A DNA stretch of 64,000 nucleotides from Octopus vulgaris (Eukaryota). The position numbers and the translations under genes were made by a program. The number at the start of each line of letters is the position of its first letter. The first letter of the stretch is position 1. Under the pieces are notes generated by a model. The model was not told the origin of the DNA and made no database searches. It saw only the letters and a list, made by a program, of their open reading frames with translations. Shown one piece after another: positions 1 to 13,894 of this stretch. The stretch spans positions 26,660,001 through 26,724,000 of the forward strand of contig OX597837.1 of assembly GCA_951406725.2 (NCBI GenBank). Direction: 5' to 3'.

Positions 1-217
1 TTTTCACACAAGGATGGTTATACAGCTTCATTATACACTCCTATATACACTCATGTATCTATATACGCATAATATAGTTCACATAATCAGATATACACAG
101 ATCGAGTGTATGAGTACGTACATGTTCTACACACACATATATACACACATATACATACACACATACACACATCCGCATCCACACGGTTCGTCGCTCCATC
201 AATCACTCACACCCACA

Positions 218-270
<53 letters not shown>

Positions 271-300
271 CACTTACACACACATTACATATAAACTTGA

Positions 301-1240
301 CAAGGCGGCGAGCTGGCAGAATCGTTAGCACGCCGGGCGAAAAATGCTTTGCGGTATTTCGTCTGCGTTACGTTGTGAGTTCAAATTCCGCCGAGGTCGA
401 CTTTGCCTTTCATCCTTTCGGGGTCGATAAATTAAGTACCAGTTACGCACTGGGGTCGATGTAATCGACTTAATACCTATGTCTGTCCTTGTTTGTCCCC
501 TCTGTGTTTAGCTCCTTGTGGGTAATAAAGAAATAGGTATTTCGTCTGCCTTACGTTGTGAGTTCAAATTCGCCGAGGTCGACTTTGCCTTTCATCCTTT
601 CGGGGTCGATAAATTAAGTACCAGTTACGCACTGGGGTCGATGTAATCGACTTAATACCTATGTCTGTCCTTGTTTGTCCCCTCTGTGTTTAGCTCCTTG
701 TGGGTAATAAAGAAATAGGTATTTCGTCTGTCGCTACGTTCTGAGTTCAAATTCCGCCGAGGTCGACTTTGCCTTTCATCCTCTCGGGGTCGATAAATTA
801 AGTACCAGTTACGCACTGGGGTCGATGTAATCGACTTAATACCTATGTTTGTCCCCTCTGTGTTTAGCCCCTTGTGGGTAGTAAAGAAATAGGTATTTCG
901 TCTGCGTTACGTTGTGAGTTCAAATTCCGCCGAGGTCGACTTTGCCTTTCATCCTTTCGGGGTCGATAAATTAAAGTACCAGTTACGCACTGGGGTCGAT
1001 GCAATCGACTTAATACCTATGTCTGTCCTTGTTTGTCCCCTCTGTGTTTAGCCCCTTGTGGGTAATAAAGAAATAGGTATTTCGTGTGTCGTTACGTTCT
1101 GAGTTCAAATACCGCCGAGGTCGACTTTACCTTTCATCCTCTCGGGGTCGATAAATAAAGTACCAGTTTCGCACTGGGTCGATGTAATCGACTTATCCTT
1201 TTGTCCCCTCTATGTTTAGCCCCTTGTGGGTAGTAAAGAA
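301..1240 (+). mobile_element. SINE family A (tRNA head plus Deu/Nin-like core), one head and five ~178-bp tandem units
   Basis: Head ggcggcgagctggcagaatcgttagc; B-box gttcaaattcc; core ggtcgactttgcctttcatcctttcggggtcgataaattaagtaccag repeated five times. Confidence 0.85.
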
Positions 1241-1273
1241 ATATACATATAAACTTGCACGCGCGCATATATT

Positions 1274-1488
1274 GGGGGCGTGTTGAAAAATTCCTGGCTT
1301 TAAAGGTGTCGCGAAAGGCCTGGTTGAAGGCCCGGCCTCGTAGATTCTTTTACAGGGCTTAGAAAAACTGAAGGAGCGCTGCAATAAGTGTGGGAATCTG
1401 AGAGGGGGGAATATGTTGAACAAAATGGTAATTAAATGAATCCTCCTGTATTTTCTTTTACCCCAAACCGGGAATTTCAGCACCCCCT
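1274..1488 (+). mobile_element. Mariner-derived MITE
   Basis: Imperfect TIRs ggggcgtgttgaaaaattcctgg / ccgggaatttcagcacccc. Interior reads approximately LQGLEKLKERCNKC..GEYVE (with a frameshift), like a mariner transposase C-terminus. Related copies at 2202 and 32897. Confidence 0.75.
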
Positions 1489-1854
1489 ACCTTGGTGTGT
1501 ATGTATGTATGTATGTATGTATGTATGTATGTATGTATGTATGTATGTATGTATGTATGTATGTATGTATGTATGTATGTATGTATGCATGTATGTGTGT
1601 GTGTGTATGTATGTATGTATATGTATGGATGGATGGATGGATAGATGGATGGATGGATGGATGCATGTATGTATGTATGTATGTATGTATGTATGTATGT
1701 ATGTATGTATGTATGCATGTATGTATGTATGTATATATGCATGTATGTATGTATATATGTATGTATGTATGTATCCATCTATCTATCTATGTATCTATGT
1801 ATGTGTCTCTGTGTGTATGTATGTATATATATATATGTATATATATATATATAC

Positions 1855-1897
<43 letters not shown>

Positions 1898-1898
1898 T

Positions 1899-1976
<78 letters not shown>

Positions 1977-2201
1977 GAGGGCATTATTACACATAAATGC
2001 CACACGCTAGGAGGGACTTTCAAAGTCATTACTACCAAATATATATATATATATATATATATAAGAATAAGTCCTGGGACCGATTTGCTCGACTAAAGGC
2101 GGTGCTCCAGCATGGCCGCAGTCAAATGACTGAAACAAGTAAAAAAAAGTAAAAGAGTATATATGTATACATACATACATATGTGTGTGTGTGTGAGTAT
2201 G

Positions 2202-2450
2202 TACGAGGTGGTAGGGGTGCTGAAAAGTTCCTGGCTTTAAGGGTGTCGTGAAAAAAGGCCTGTTTGTGGGTGGGGGGGAATCCAACCTTCCTAAATCTTT
2301 CTACAGGGCTTTTAAAAAGCTGAAGGACCGCTGCTGCTGCAACAGGTATGTGAATCAGAGAGGGAAAGACACGGAAATATGTTTGAGAAAATAGTGATTG
2401 ACTGATCTCCCTGTCCTTCATTTTAGCCAAAGCCAGGATATTTTCAGCAT
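2202..2450 (+). mobile_element. Mariner-derived MITE (second copy)
   Basis: ggggtgctgaaaagttcctggcttt ... aaagccaggatattttcagca; interior homologous to 1274-1488. Confidence 0.7.
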
Positions 2451-2510
2451 AGAGATAGAAAGATTGGCTATCTGCATACACCCACACACTTCTAAATACA
2501 CATGTATTAC

Positions 2511-2589
<79 letters not shown>

Positions 2590-2591
2590 TG

Positions 2592-2649
<58 letters not shown>

Positions 2650-2693
2650 CATACACATGTATATATATATGTATATATATATATATGTATGTA

Positions 2694-2725
<32 letters not shown>

Positions 2726-2744
2726 CACCCACACACTTCTAAAC

Positions 2745-2882
2745 AATATGATGTATAGACATATACATGAATACATACATAACCACTAAAATGATCACAA
2801 TCTGTCATTCAAACCATTAAACATCTATCTACAGGTTGTGTGTATACGCATATCAATTCCACTCACACACCCACACGTATCG

Positions 2883-2955
<73 letters not shown>

Positions 2956-2970
2956 CACATGTATACATAC

Positions 2971-3003
<33 letters not shown>

Positions 3004-3193
3004 TATATATAGACATAATGTATGCATACATTACATATAGATTTGTAGAGGATATAATATGATGTATAGACATATACATGAATACATACATAACCACTAA
3101 AATGATCACAATCTGTCATTCAAACCATTAAACATCTATCTACAGGTTGTGTGTATACGCATATCAATTCCACTCACACACCCACACGTATCG

Positions 3194-3270
<77 letters not shown>
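2745..3270 (+). repeat. Local tandem duplication, period about 311 bp
   Basis: A ~140-bp unique block (aatatgatgtatagac...cacgtatcgaac) plus (CA)n appears identical at 2745 and 3056. Confidence 0.85.
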
Positions 3271-3272
<2 letters not shown>

Positions 3273-3372
3273 ACACAAGCGTCCAACAGTTTTTTCCCCC
3301 ATTCAATCATTGAATAGCTATTAGCAGCATACATATATAATACACATATATAATATATGTATATATATGTAT

Positions 3373-3416
<44 letters not shown>

Positions 3417-3492
3417 AATATATAACATATATATCATATATACATAATTTATCTATATACATAATTACGTATATAATATATAAGCATGTATA

Positions 3493-3537
<45 letters not shown>

Positions 3538-3638
3538 GGACATTAATGCATATATATATATATATAATATATAACATACATAATTTATCTATATACATAA
3601 CTATGTACATAATATATATGCATGTATATATGTGTGTC

Positions 3639-3724
<86 letters not shown>

Positions 3725-3781
3725 GATATGTATAGGGGATGGATGGATGTATTACACACACAAATCCCTATAACGCACACA

Positions 3782-3818
<37 letters not shown>

Positions 3819-4019
3819 CACGTACGTATCGATACACAGCCAACGCCACACAGTCTTCTCTCTCTTCGTTGTTCAATAACGCATTTATCACCTGATACTC
3901 TGCTGTAATATTGCCACAGAAGGTTTATCATGTGATAAATGAAGCTGGTCATATTAACGGTACATGTGTAGGCATCTGAGAACATCTTTTACTGGAAGAC
4001 ATCTCAAACACACACACTG

Positions 4020-4047
4020 GCGGTGGCGGCGGTGACGGTGGTGGTGG

Positions 4048-4078
<31 letters not shown>

Positions 4079-4106
4079 GGTGGTGCTGGTGGTGGTGGTG
4101 GCGATC

Positions 4107-4149
<43 letters not shown>

Positions 4150-4443
4150 CGGCGGCGGTGGTGGTGGCGGTGATGGTGGTGGTAGTGGTGGTGATGGCGA
4201 TCGTAGTAGTAGTAGTAGTAGTGGTGGTGGTGGTGGTGGTGGTGGTGGTGGTGGTGGCGGTAGTGGTGGTGGTGGCGGTGGTGGTGTTGGTGGTGGCGAT
4301 CGTAGTAGTAGTAATTGTAGTAGTCGTGGTGGTGGTGGTGGTGGTGGTGGCGGTGGTGATGGTGGTGGTGCTGGTGGTGGTGGCGATCGTAGTAGTAGTA
4401 GCAGTAGTAGTAGTAGTAGTGGTGGTGGTGGCGGCGGTGGTGG
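4020..4443 (+). repeat. Higher-order compound (GGT)n/(GTA)n repeat
   Basis: The junction ggcgatcgtagtag recurs at about 4100, 4196, 4295 and 4382. Confidence 0.85.
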
Positions 4444-4972
4444 AACGACGACGGTGAGGAGGAGGACAGCATCAATGGATAAATCTGCTTTAGAATATAT
4501 AAGCTGCCCGACTGCCTGCACGCCTCCACTTCACCGTGTTGTCTTCTGTTTCACCCACCACCACCACCACCACTACCACCACCCTGTACATACACAAACA
4601 TATACGCAAACATATACACACATACATATGTACATAATCATGCATGTATATATGTATGTGTATGTGCGTGTAAATATATATATACATATATATATATATA
4701 TGTATGTATACATGCGTGTGTATGTATCTATGTATATATATATATGTATGTATACATGCATATATACATTCATATACATACAAACATATATATATATATA
4801 TATAGACGTGTGTATGTATCTATGTATATATATATGTATGTATATGTATATATATATATGTATGTATGTATATATACGTATGTATGTATGCAAATACATA
4901 CATATATACATTCATATACATACAAACATACACACACATATAAAGATATATAGACGTGTGTATGTGTCTATG

Positions 4973-5029
<57 letters not shown>

Positions 5030-5264
5030 ATGTGTTTGTATCTGTGTGTTTGTATAATGCAAAACAGAGCTAAGATAAATAGCTCTGGAGTGATCAGTGG
5101 CGTGGATTTGCACATGAAAAAGCAATAAAGTTATATGAAATCTCATCCAACAAATTCTTGATGTTGAAACGTTTGCGAGAGGAGGTAGACAAACACCCAA
5201 CGGCAATTGTGGGTGTTTCCATTCCAAATAAGAAGGGAGAGACCTGACTGTGTTGGAAGAAGTT

Positions 5265-5401
5265 TCCTTCCCAACCACAGAGTCCTGGGTTCAGTTCCAA
5301 GCAAGGGCACTTTGGTTATGTGTCTTCTACTCTACCCTCGGACACTCCAAAACCTTGTGAGTGTATTTGGTAGATGGAAACTGAAAGAAGCTTGTCGTAT
5401 A

Positions 5402-5489
<88 letters not shown>

Positions 5490-5730
5490 TGTATCTATGT
5501 GTGTGTGTCTTTGTGGTTATGTTTGTACTCTATCACTGCTTGAAATCGGTGTCGGTGTGTTTACGTCCTCGTAACTTAACAGTTCTGTATTAGCGACCAA
5601 TAGAATAAGTACCAGGCTTTTAAAAATATAAGTACAGGGGTCGATTCTTTCGACTAACATTCTTCAAAGCGGTGCCCCAGCATGACCGTAGTCTAATGAC
5701 TGAAACAAGTAAAAAATAGAAGATAAGAGT
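5265..5730 (+). mobile_element. SINE family B, diverged copy with internal (GT)n
   Basis: gggttcagttcc head, tagatggaaactgaaagaagc domain, tail cagcatgaccgtagtctaatgactgaaacaagtaaaa. Confidence 0.8.
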
Positions 5731-5789
5731 TAAATCAATCTCTTGAATTAATATACTATTCAGAAAAAGCGTGTCTGTTTTGTGTTAAT

Positions 5790-6115
5790 CAATTTATTTT
5801 TTAGCGACAAGAAAATGACCATCATTACTTTCACCTCGTCGAGATGGGTTATTTGGAAAATCCACTCATTTCTTGTCAGACAGATTGTCTGTACAGGTCC
5901 AGATTGCTATCTTTTACATCCCCACTCCAATCAGTCATTTTCACACACTCCCAGCGTGCGCCTAAAATTCCGTTTCAGTCGCTCAGTAACCCTAAGAAGT
6001 GAAATATTTCCCTAAACGTTCCTTGCCTCCTCGAAGAAACCCGTTCACCTTGTCCTGATCAGGACATAAACATCAAATAGGGTGAAGGCAGCGATTTCAC
6101 TACTGTTCACATATT
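5790..6115 (-). pseudogene. Decayed L1/Tx1-type LINE APE endonuclease fragment
   Basis: Minus-strand frames give VNSSEIAAFTLFDVYV and LLSD*NGILGARWECV, resembling the vYAP and lvGDwNaild motifs, with stops and frameshifts. Confidence 0.5.
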
Positions 6116-6236
6116 GAACCACCAGCCAACCAGCCAACCAACAAACCAACCAGCCTGCAACCAGCCAGCTAGCCAGCCAGCCAGCCAGCCAATCATTTGG
6201 GTCTTTCAAAAGTCGTCCTTACTTTGAGATCTTGAC

Positions 6237-6560
6237 CAGTGGTTCTCAAACGGGGTTCCATATAACCCTTGGGAGGAAGGGTCAATATAAGATTTTTAGG
6301 AGTCTATACATACAAAACTGTTAATTGGGGATCCACCGTTATATTTTAAGGGTCCATTATTGCAAGAAACAGTTAGGTTTCTTTCTCTAACATTTTCCAT
6401 AGTTCACCCTGCACAAGTTAATGTGTGAAAAACAAAATAGGAATTTTGAAAGAAGTTTCTATAAAACTTGTTTTTAAACATCGAGTGGCTATAGGGGTCC
6501 ATCAGAGTAAAATTGTAACCAAAGGAGTCCATAGAGAAAAAAAAAGGGCTAAAAACCAGG
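6237..6560 (+). mobile_element. hAT (Charlie-like) MITE
   Basis: Starts cagtggttctcaaa, carries repeated ggggtcca subterminal motifs, and has a decayed right end gctaaaaaccagg. Confidence 0.55.
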
Positions 6561-6714
6561 TGTGGCTGTGTGGTAAGAAGCTTGTTTCCCAGCTACATGA
6601 TTAAGGGTTCAGTCCCACTGCGTGGCACCTTGGACAATTGTCTTCTGCTATAGCCTTGGGCCAATCAAAGCCTTGTGAGTGGTTTTGGTAGACGGAAACT
6701 GAAAGAAGCCCGTC

Positions 6715-6756
<42 letters not shown>

Positions 6757-6760
<4 letters not shown>

Positions 6761-6990
6761 TATTTGCCATTTAAATGTGGCTAACTACTAAGGGTGGATG
6801 CAACTGTAGCTTGTAGCCCCAGGAGAACATCTTCTCCAGTTGGCTATTGACACACTTTCTAGCCAACTGGAGATGTTCTCCTGGGGCTACAAGCTACAGT
6901 AGCATTCACCCTTAGTGGTTAGCCACATTTAAATGGCAAATATACTTCACATTGTCGTGCAGCTACTGTTTATACCTCGCCCAGAGATTT
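6757..6990 (+). mobile_element. Penelope-like pLTR fragment (family P2) with ~90-bp fold-back
   Basis: Arms 6757-6846 and 6860-6946 are near-perfect inverted repeats, homologous to 37810-37920 and 50486-50660, and flanked by (TA)n. Confidence 0.7.
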
Positions 6991-7010
6991 ATATATATAT
7001 ATATATATAT

Positions 7011-7195
7011 AGGGAGAATTCATAAAAAAAAAAAAGAGACGAAGACAGGTGGTGTAGACAACAAACAGATGTTTTAGTATAACGCTCGGGAAGTGAAAAA
7101 GTCTTTAACGTTTCGAGCCTACGCTCTTCCGCAGAAAGGAACACAGAAAGAAACAAGGAGAGAAAATAAAGAATGTGTAGTGGCTAGCGATCTAT
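7011..7195 (-). mobile_element. Penelope-like mini-element (family P3) with hammerhead-like motif at 7103-7138
   Basis: Reverse complement of the elements at 20490 and 53795; minus strand reads cttt-CTGCGGA-A-gagc gtag gctc-GAAA-CG-TT-aaag. Confidence 0.65.
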
Positions 7196-7730
7196 ATGTG
7201 TGTGTGTGTGTGTTTGTGTTTGTCTCTGAGTCGGTGTTTGTTTCCCACCCAACCCCTTGACAACCGGTGTTGGCGTGTTTACGTCCCCGTAACGTATCAG
7301 TTCGGCAAAAAGAGATCGGTAGAACAAGTCCCAGGTTTCAAAACAAGGAAAACAAATTATTCTTGGTGGTGGTGGTGGTGGGGTCGATTTGTTCGAGTAT
7401 AAGGCAGTGCCCCAGCATGGCCAATATCGAATGACCTGAAAACAAGTAAAAAGGGACTACTTGATCCGGATCTTTCTGGAGCAGCATTTCTCCGTCACCC
7501 GAACCGCGCCGACCAAAAGACGCGTGCACTTTCTTCTATTCTCCAAGAACAAGCGCGAGTGACTGCCACTATCACCTTTTATATCTGGTGTCTTCACGCC
7601 GTAGCTGTAGCGTTGGTTGTGGTGGCGATGGTATGATGATGTTACTTATTGATGTGACGATGATGGTGGTGGTGCTGGTATCATTTCTTACGTATCATTT
7701 CTTTAAGTTGTTGGTGGTATCATATCTTTA

Positions 7731-8147
7731 AGGCGGCGAGCTGGCAGAAACGTTAGCACGCAGGGCGAAATGCTTAGAGATATTTCGCCTGCCGCTACGT
7801 TCTGAGTTCAAATTCCGCCGAGGTCGACTTTGCCTTTCATCCTTTCGGGGTCGATAAATTAAGTACCAGTTATGCACTGGGGTCGATATAATCGACTTAA
7901 TCCGTCTGTCTGTCCTTATTTGTCCTCTATGTGTTTAGCCTCTTGTAGGTAGTAAAGAAATAGAAATAGGTATTTCATCTGCCGCTACGTTCTGAGTTCA
8001 AATTCCGCCGAGGTCGACTTTGCCTTTCATCCTTTCGGGGTCGATTAAATAAGTACCAGTTACGCACTGGGGTCGATGTAACCGACTTAATCCGTTTGTC
8101 TGTCCTCACTGTGTTTAGCCCCTTGTGGGTAGTAAAGAAATAGGTAT
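7731..8147 (+). mobile_element. SINE family A, head plus two units
   Basis: Same head, core and tail as 301-1240. Confidence 0.85.
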
Positions 8148-8159
8148 CATTTCTCACGA

Positions 8160-8325
8160 AGGTGTGGCTGTGTGGTAAGTAGCTTGCTTACGAACCACAT
8201 GGTTCCAGGTTCAGTCCCACTGCGTGGCACCTTGGGTATGTGTATTCTACTATAGCCTCGGGCCGACCAAAGCCTTGTGAGTGGATTTGGTAGACGGAAA
8301 CTGAAAGAAGCCCGTCGTATATATG

Positions 8326-8369
<44 letters not shown>

Positions 8370-8605
8370 TATATATATATATGTATGTTTGTGTGTATGT
8401 GTTTGTTCCCCACCCCCAACATCGCTTGACAACCGATGCTGGTGTGTATACGGCGCCGTAACCAAGCGGTTCGGCAAAAGAGACCGATAGAATAAGTACT
8501 AGGCTTACAAAGAATAAGTCCTGGGATCGATTTGCTCGACTAAAGGTGGTGTGCTCCAGCATGGCCGCAGTCACATGACTGAAACAAGTAAAAGAGTAAA
8601 AGAGA
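8160..8605 (+). mobile_element. SINE family B, full length
   Basis: A-box tggctgtgtgg, B-box ggttcagtccc, internal (TA)n, tail gactgaaacaagtaaaagagtaaaagag. Confidence 0.9.
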
Positions 8606-8829
8606 CATGTGATGAGAGGAGACAAACTCTTTCATCGAGCCTCCGTATTTGATTTAGAGCTGTTGACCGCAAGTAGGATTCGAACCCAGATTGTTAATCA
8701 ACGTAACGAAAGATTTCGATCACTCAAACCATTCGAGCCATTCAAAATTTCACTTTTTGAAAAATTTTTGTTGTGTTTTGCATTTTTTTTTGTATTTTTA
8801 GAAATATTTATTTTTAAATATTTATGAGG

Positions 8830-8981
8830 GTATGTGTGTGTGTGTGTGTGTGTGTATGTGTGTGTTTTATATGTGTGTGTATGTGTGTGTGTGTGTGGGT
8901 GTGTGTGTGTAAAAATGCGTCTGGGCATATGTGTACTTGTGTAGGTGTAGACGTGTGCGTACGTGTGTGTTTTATATGCGT

Positions 8982-9024
<43 letters not shown>

Positions 9025-9089
9025 GCATCTGGGCATATGTGTACTTGTGTAGGTGTAGACGTGTGTGTACGTGTGTGTTTTATATGCGT

Positions 9090-9136
<47 letters not shown>

Positions 9137-9201
9137 GCATCTGGGCATATGTGTACTTGTGTAGGTGTAGACGTGTGCGTACGTGTGTGTTTTATATGCG
9201 T

Positions 9202-9248
<47 letters not shown>

Positions 9249-9335
9249 TGTGTGTGTGTGTAAAAAGCATCTGGGCATATGTGTACTTGTGTAGGTGTAG
9301 ACGTGTGTGTGTACGTGTGTGTTTTATATGTATGT
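8830..9335 (+). repeat. Minisatellite of ~110-130-bp units with variable (GT)n
   Basis: aaaaagcatctgggcatatgtgtacttgtgtaggtgtagacgtgtg occurs four times. Confidence 0.9.
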
Positions 9336-9689
9336 GTATGTGTGTGTGTGTGAGTGTGAAAGAGTGAAAGAGAGAGAGAGAGAGGGAGAGGGGAAGAGAA
9401 AGAAAGAGAGACGCATAGATATGCAGTTAAAGGGACATCATTGAAAAATACTATAAAAGTGAACAATGAAAACAGACTGACAACACATCATACACACACA
9501 TAACACAAACACACACATACATATACACACACAGGCAGACACACATAAGCGTATAGATACATACACATACACACTCGCGTATGCACACACATGATATATA
9601 AGGTACATACACAAAACACAGTTTGGTTCTCAGTTCGTTTGTTACGTTTTAAATATATCTTCATCCACAAGATATTCCCGTCTGTCATA

Positions 9690-9728
9690 CCATCACTACC
9701 ACCACCACCACTACTACTGCTACTGCTG

Positions 9729-9762
<34 letters not shown>

Positions 9763-9765
9763 CAG

Positions 9766-9807
<42 letters not shown>

Positions 9808-9893
9808 CACCACTACCACCAGTACTTCTACTACTACTACTACTACTACTACTTCTGCAACTACTACCACCACCACCACCACCACCAGTACTT

Positions 9894-9945
<52 letters not shown>

Positions 9946-9995
9946 AACTACTACTACTACTTCTGCAACTACTACCACCACCACCACCAGTACTT

Positions 9996-10047
<52 letters not shown>

Positions 10048-10097
10048 AACTACTACTTCTGCAACTACTACCACCACCACCACCACCACCAGTACTT

Positions 10098-10155
<58 letters not shown>

Positions 10156-10233
10156 AACTACTACTACCACCACCACCACCACCAGTACTTCTACTACTAC
10201 TACTTCTACAACTACTACCACCACCACTATTGT

Positions 10234-10287
<54 letters not shown>

Positions 10288-10303
10288 AGCTGCTGCTGCC
10301 GCT
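9690..10303 (+). repeat. Higher-order compound (CTA)n/(CCA)n repeat
   Basis: Recurring ccagtacttcta and cttctgcaacta junctions. Confidence 0.85.
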
Positions 10304-10559
10304 GTTATAATCATCTACAAAAAATGGGATGGCCACGGCTGGAACACATTTACTCATTCAGTTGCCTGATCAGGGTTCTCACATAGGGTTAAATGGCAAC
10401 ACACACATACACACACACACACATACATACGTACATACCCACGTTCACACACATGCACACGTACGCACGTCATACACCTATACATACACGCACATACACA
10501 CATACACACATACACACACACTCGTATACGTCATTGACCGATGAACCAATAAAGAGCCG

Positions 10560-11101
10560 AGATGTCATACATAGACACACACACACACACATATACACAC
10601 ACTTCATTAACATAGACACACACACATATACACACATCATTAACATAGACACACACACATATACACACAGCATTATCATAAGACACACACATATACACAC
10701 AGAGCGTTAACATAGTCACACATATACATATACACAATGTTAATATAGATACACATACACACACAGCAATGACATAGGCACACGCACACATACATACATA
10801 CACACAAAGTAGTAACATAGACACACATACACACAATGTAAATATAGACACGCACACACACACACATAGCAATAACATAGGCACACGCACACATACATAC
10901 ATACACACACATATACATACATAGACACACACATATACATACAGAGCGTTAACATAGACACACATATACATACACACAATGTTAATATAGACACACACAC
11001 ACACATAGCAATAACATAGGCATACGCACACATATATACATACATACACATGGAGCAGTAACATAGGCACACATATACATATACACAGAGCGTTAACATC
11101 G

Positions 11102-11147
<46 letters not shown>

Positions 11148-11220
11148 CAATAACATAGGCACACGCACACATACATACATACACATGGAGCAGTAACATA
11201 GACACACACATATACGCACA
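10560..11220 (+). repeat. CA-rich degenerate minisatellite
   Basis: Recurring taacatagac/taacataggc anchor every 30-40 bp. Confidence 0.75.
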
Positions 11221-11282
11221 GCGTCAGCATGGACAAGCATATACACCCACACACTAAAACACGACCTCAACACACTAACGCA

Positions 11283-11321
<39 letters not shown>

Positions 11322-11717
11322 ACACACACCCTGTAATAGACAGCAGAAGCCTCACATACATACATAAATACTTTGCTAAAAAGTAAGTTAACTCTGTGTA
11401 GTGGTGATGGAGGTGATGGTGGTGGCGGTGGTGGTGGTGGTGGTGATGGTAATACTAATAGGCGGGAAAAGGTGCAGTGATAATAGTCGTTATTAGAGGC
11501 GGTATGATGATAGCTTTCTGTTGTTGTTGTTGTTTAACCCTAGGCCAGCTCTGTTGAAGCTCACCTTGGAGGATCAGTTCGCGTCTCATGGTGCCACGCC
11601 ATCCCCAATACCAAAATCATTTCAGCTTTCATTTGTTTCTTTTTATATATTTTTATATATTTTTGCTTTTTGAGAATTCTTCATATGATTCACAACGTTC
11701 CTTCTTTCAAAATGGAT

Positions 11718-11748
<31 letters not shown>

Positions 11749-11918
11749 TTACACACAGACACGCGCACACATACACACATACCACACACGAATACGTACA
11801 TGTGTGTTGCGGATATGTATGTATATGAATATATATGTGTGTGTGTGCGTGGTAATTTTTTATATGTGTATGTGCATATATGTGTATGTGTATATATGTA
11901 TACTTTTACATGTATATA

Positions 11919-11967
<49 letters not shown>

Positions 11968-12045
11968 CAATACTAGGAGGAAGAGAAGTGGAACGAAGCG
12001 ACGAATCGAATCGATATATATATATGTATATATAAATATATATAA

Positions 12046-12117
<72 letters not shown>

Positions 12118-12143
12118 ATATATATATTAATTTTAATCCGATG

Positions 12144-12213
12144 GCCGGATAACTGAAGAGATGGCGGCGTGTATTTCCACCCCGACATCCAAAACTCGGA
12201 GTTTTATCATGGC
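12144..12213 (+). ncRNA. Decayed type I hammerhead ribozyme with extended stem II (family P4), inside (TA)n
   Basis: gataa-CTGAAGA-gatggcgg..ccgacatc-c-AAAA (GAAA with G>A at a CpG)-ctcggag-TT-ttatc; stems I, II and III all pair. Confidence 0.65.
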
Positions 12214-12240
12214 TACCGAATAATTGTCACATTTTACATT

Positions 12241-12308
<68 letters not shown>

Positions 12309-12412
12309 CATATACATAAATATATATATTAGTTTAATAAATAAATAAGTTAACATTTTTTATGTCCTAAAGTTGATGAACCAACTACTGTTCTCCTCCA
12401 TTTTCTTATTTG

Positions 12413-12503
<91 letters not shown>

Positions 12504-12923
12504 CATGTATGTATGTATGTATGTATGTATGTATGTATGTATGTATGTATGTATGTATGTCATTCAATTTTATTTGAAGATTTCTTGCCAATAGGGAAAG
12601 AGCCGGATTCTAATCTAGATCCAAGACTTCTTCTTTGGAATTTCAACAGCATCAACGGAGTTTTTTTTGCGTGCATGCGTGTATATGTGCAATATTTGGA
12701 GCATGTATGCATGAATGTTCCTAAGTCAGTGATAGTAACACTGTCACTAATCCAATGAGATAACGAACGAGAACTACACATTTCTGAAAATTTGACAAAG
12801 CAGTATGATTATATAAGTTACACATTATGTAATTGATAATTATTCTTTGTTAATGAAACGTGCGTAAGATAATGTAGCTAAATATTTTATAAACAAACAC
12901 AACTGTCTTGGCTTGTTCTCCAT

Positions 12924-13035
<112 letters not shown>

Positions 13036-13134
13036 TTAAGTGTTTTCGTATTTGTGAGAGTCTTGTGGCAAATAAAGGAAGTTGATATCTATATTATTAT
13101 TCTTCTTCTTCTTCTTCTTCTTCTTCTTCTTCTT

Positions 13135-13258
<124 letters not shown>

Positions 13259-13689
13259 CTGTATTTTCAATAGTTTCCTTCAAATTTTCGGAACATCATT
13301 AGGTAGATACCTGTCTGTGGGCTAGATATGTCTGTTAAGAAGAAGTTGGTAATGTCTGTGCGCTACATTTATTTTACTGTTTTGCGAGCCTTAGTTCTTT
13401 TGGTTTTTCTTGTTGTTTTTTAATTTTATTTATTTATTTATTTTTGCTAATTAGCGTACCTGTATTGTGGGCTTTGTTGATAATAAGTACTGGGGTCGAT
13501 TCGTTCGTCTAAAATTCTTCAAGGCGGTGCCACAGCACGGCCGCAGTCTAATGACTGAAACAAGTGATACACACATGTACACAAATACACACCTACACAC
13601 CGACACTCACACACACACATACACACACACATGCATACACATACACACACACACGTACGTAGTATGTATCTATGTATGTGTACTCTTTA

Positions 13690-13890
13690 ACTCTTTCAGT
13701 CATTTGAGTGCGGCCATGCTTGAACACCGTTTTTTTTTCGAAGAAATCGAACCCAGGACTTATTCTTTGTAAGCCTAGTACTTATTCTATCGGTCTCTTT
13801 GCCGAACCGCTAAGTTTAGGTGATATAAACACACCAATAACAACTATCAAGTGATGGTTCGGGGTGGGGGACAACCACAGACACAAAGAC
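13690..13890 (-). mobile_element. SINE family B, 3' half
   Basis: Reverse complement of the family B tail and central domain. Confidence 0.75.
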
Positions 13891-13894
13891 ACAC

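Larger units (their letters stand above)
6560..7452 (+). mobile_element. SINE family B split at its internal (TA)n by two Penelope-like fragments
   Basis: 5' half at 6560-6720 and 3' half at 7195-7452, with inserts at 6757-6990 and 7011-7195. Confidence 0.8.

Noticed and set aside
301-1240. CRISPR-like or retrozyme array
   Set aside because: Whole units repeat with no unique spacers, the context is eukaryotic, and no hammerhead core was seen on either strand.
7452-7620. GC-richer unique segment open in several frames, with minus-strand TATAAAAG
   Set aside because: No recognisable protein motif or splice sites; it cannot be assigned.
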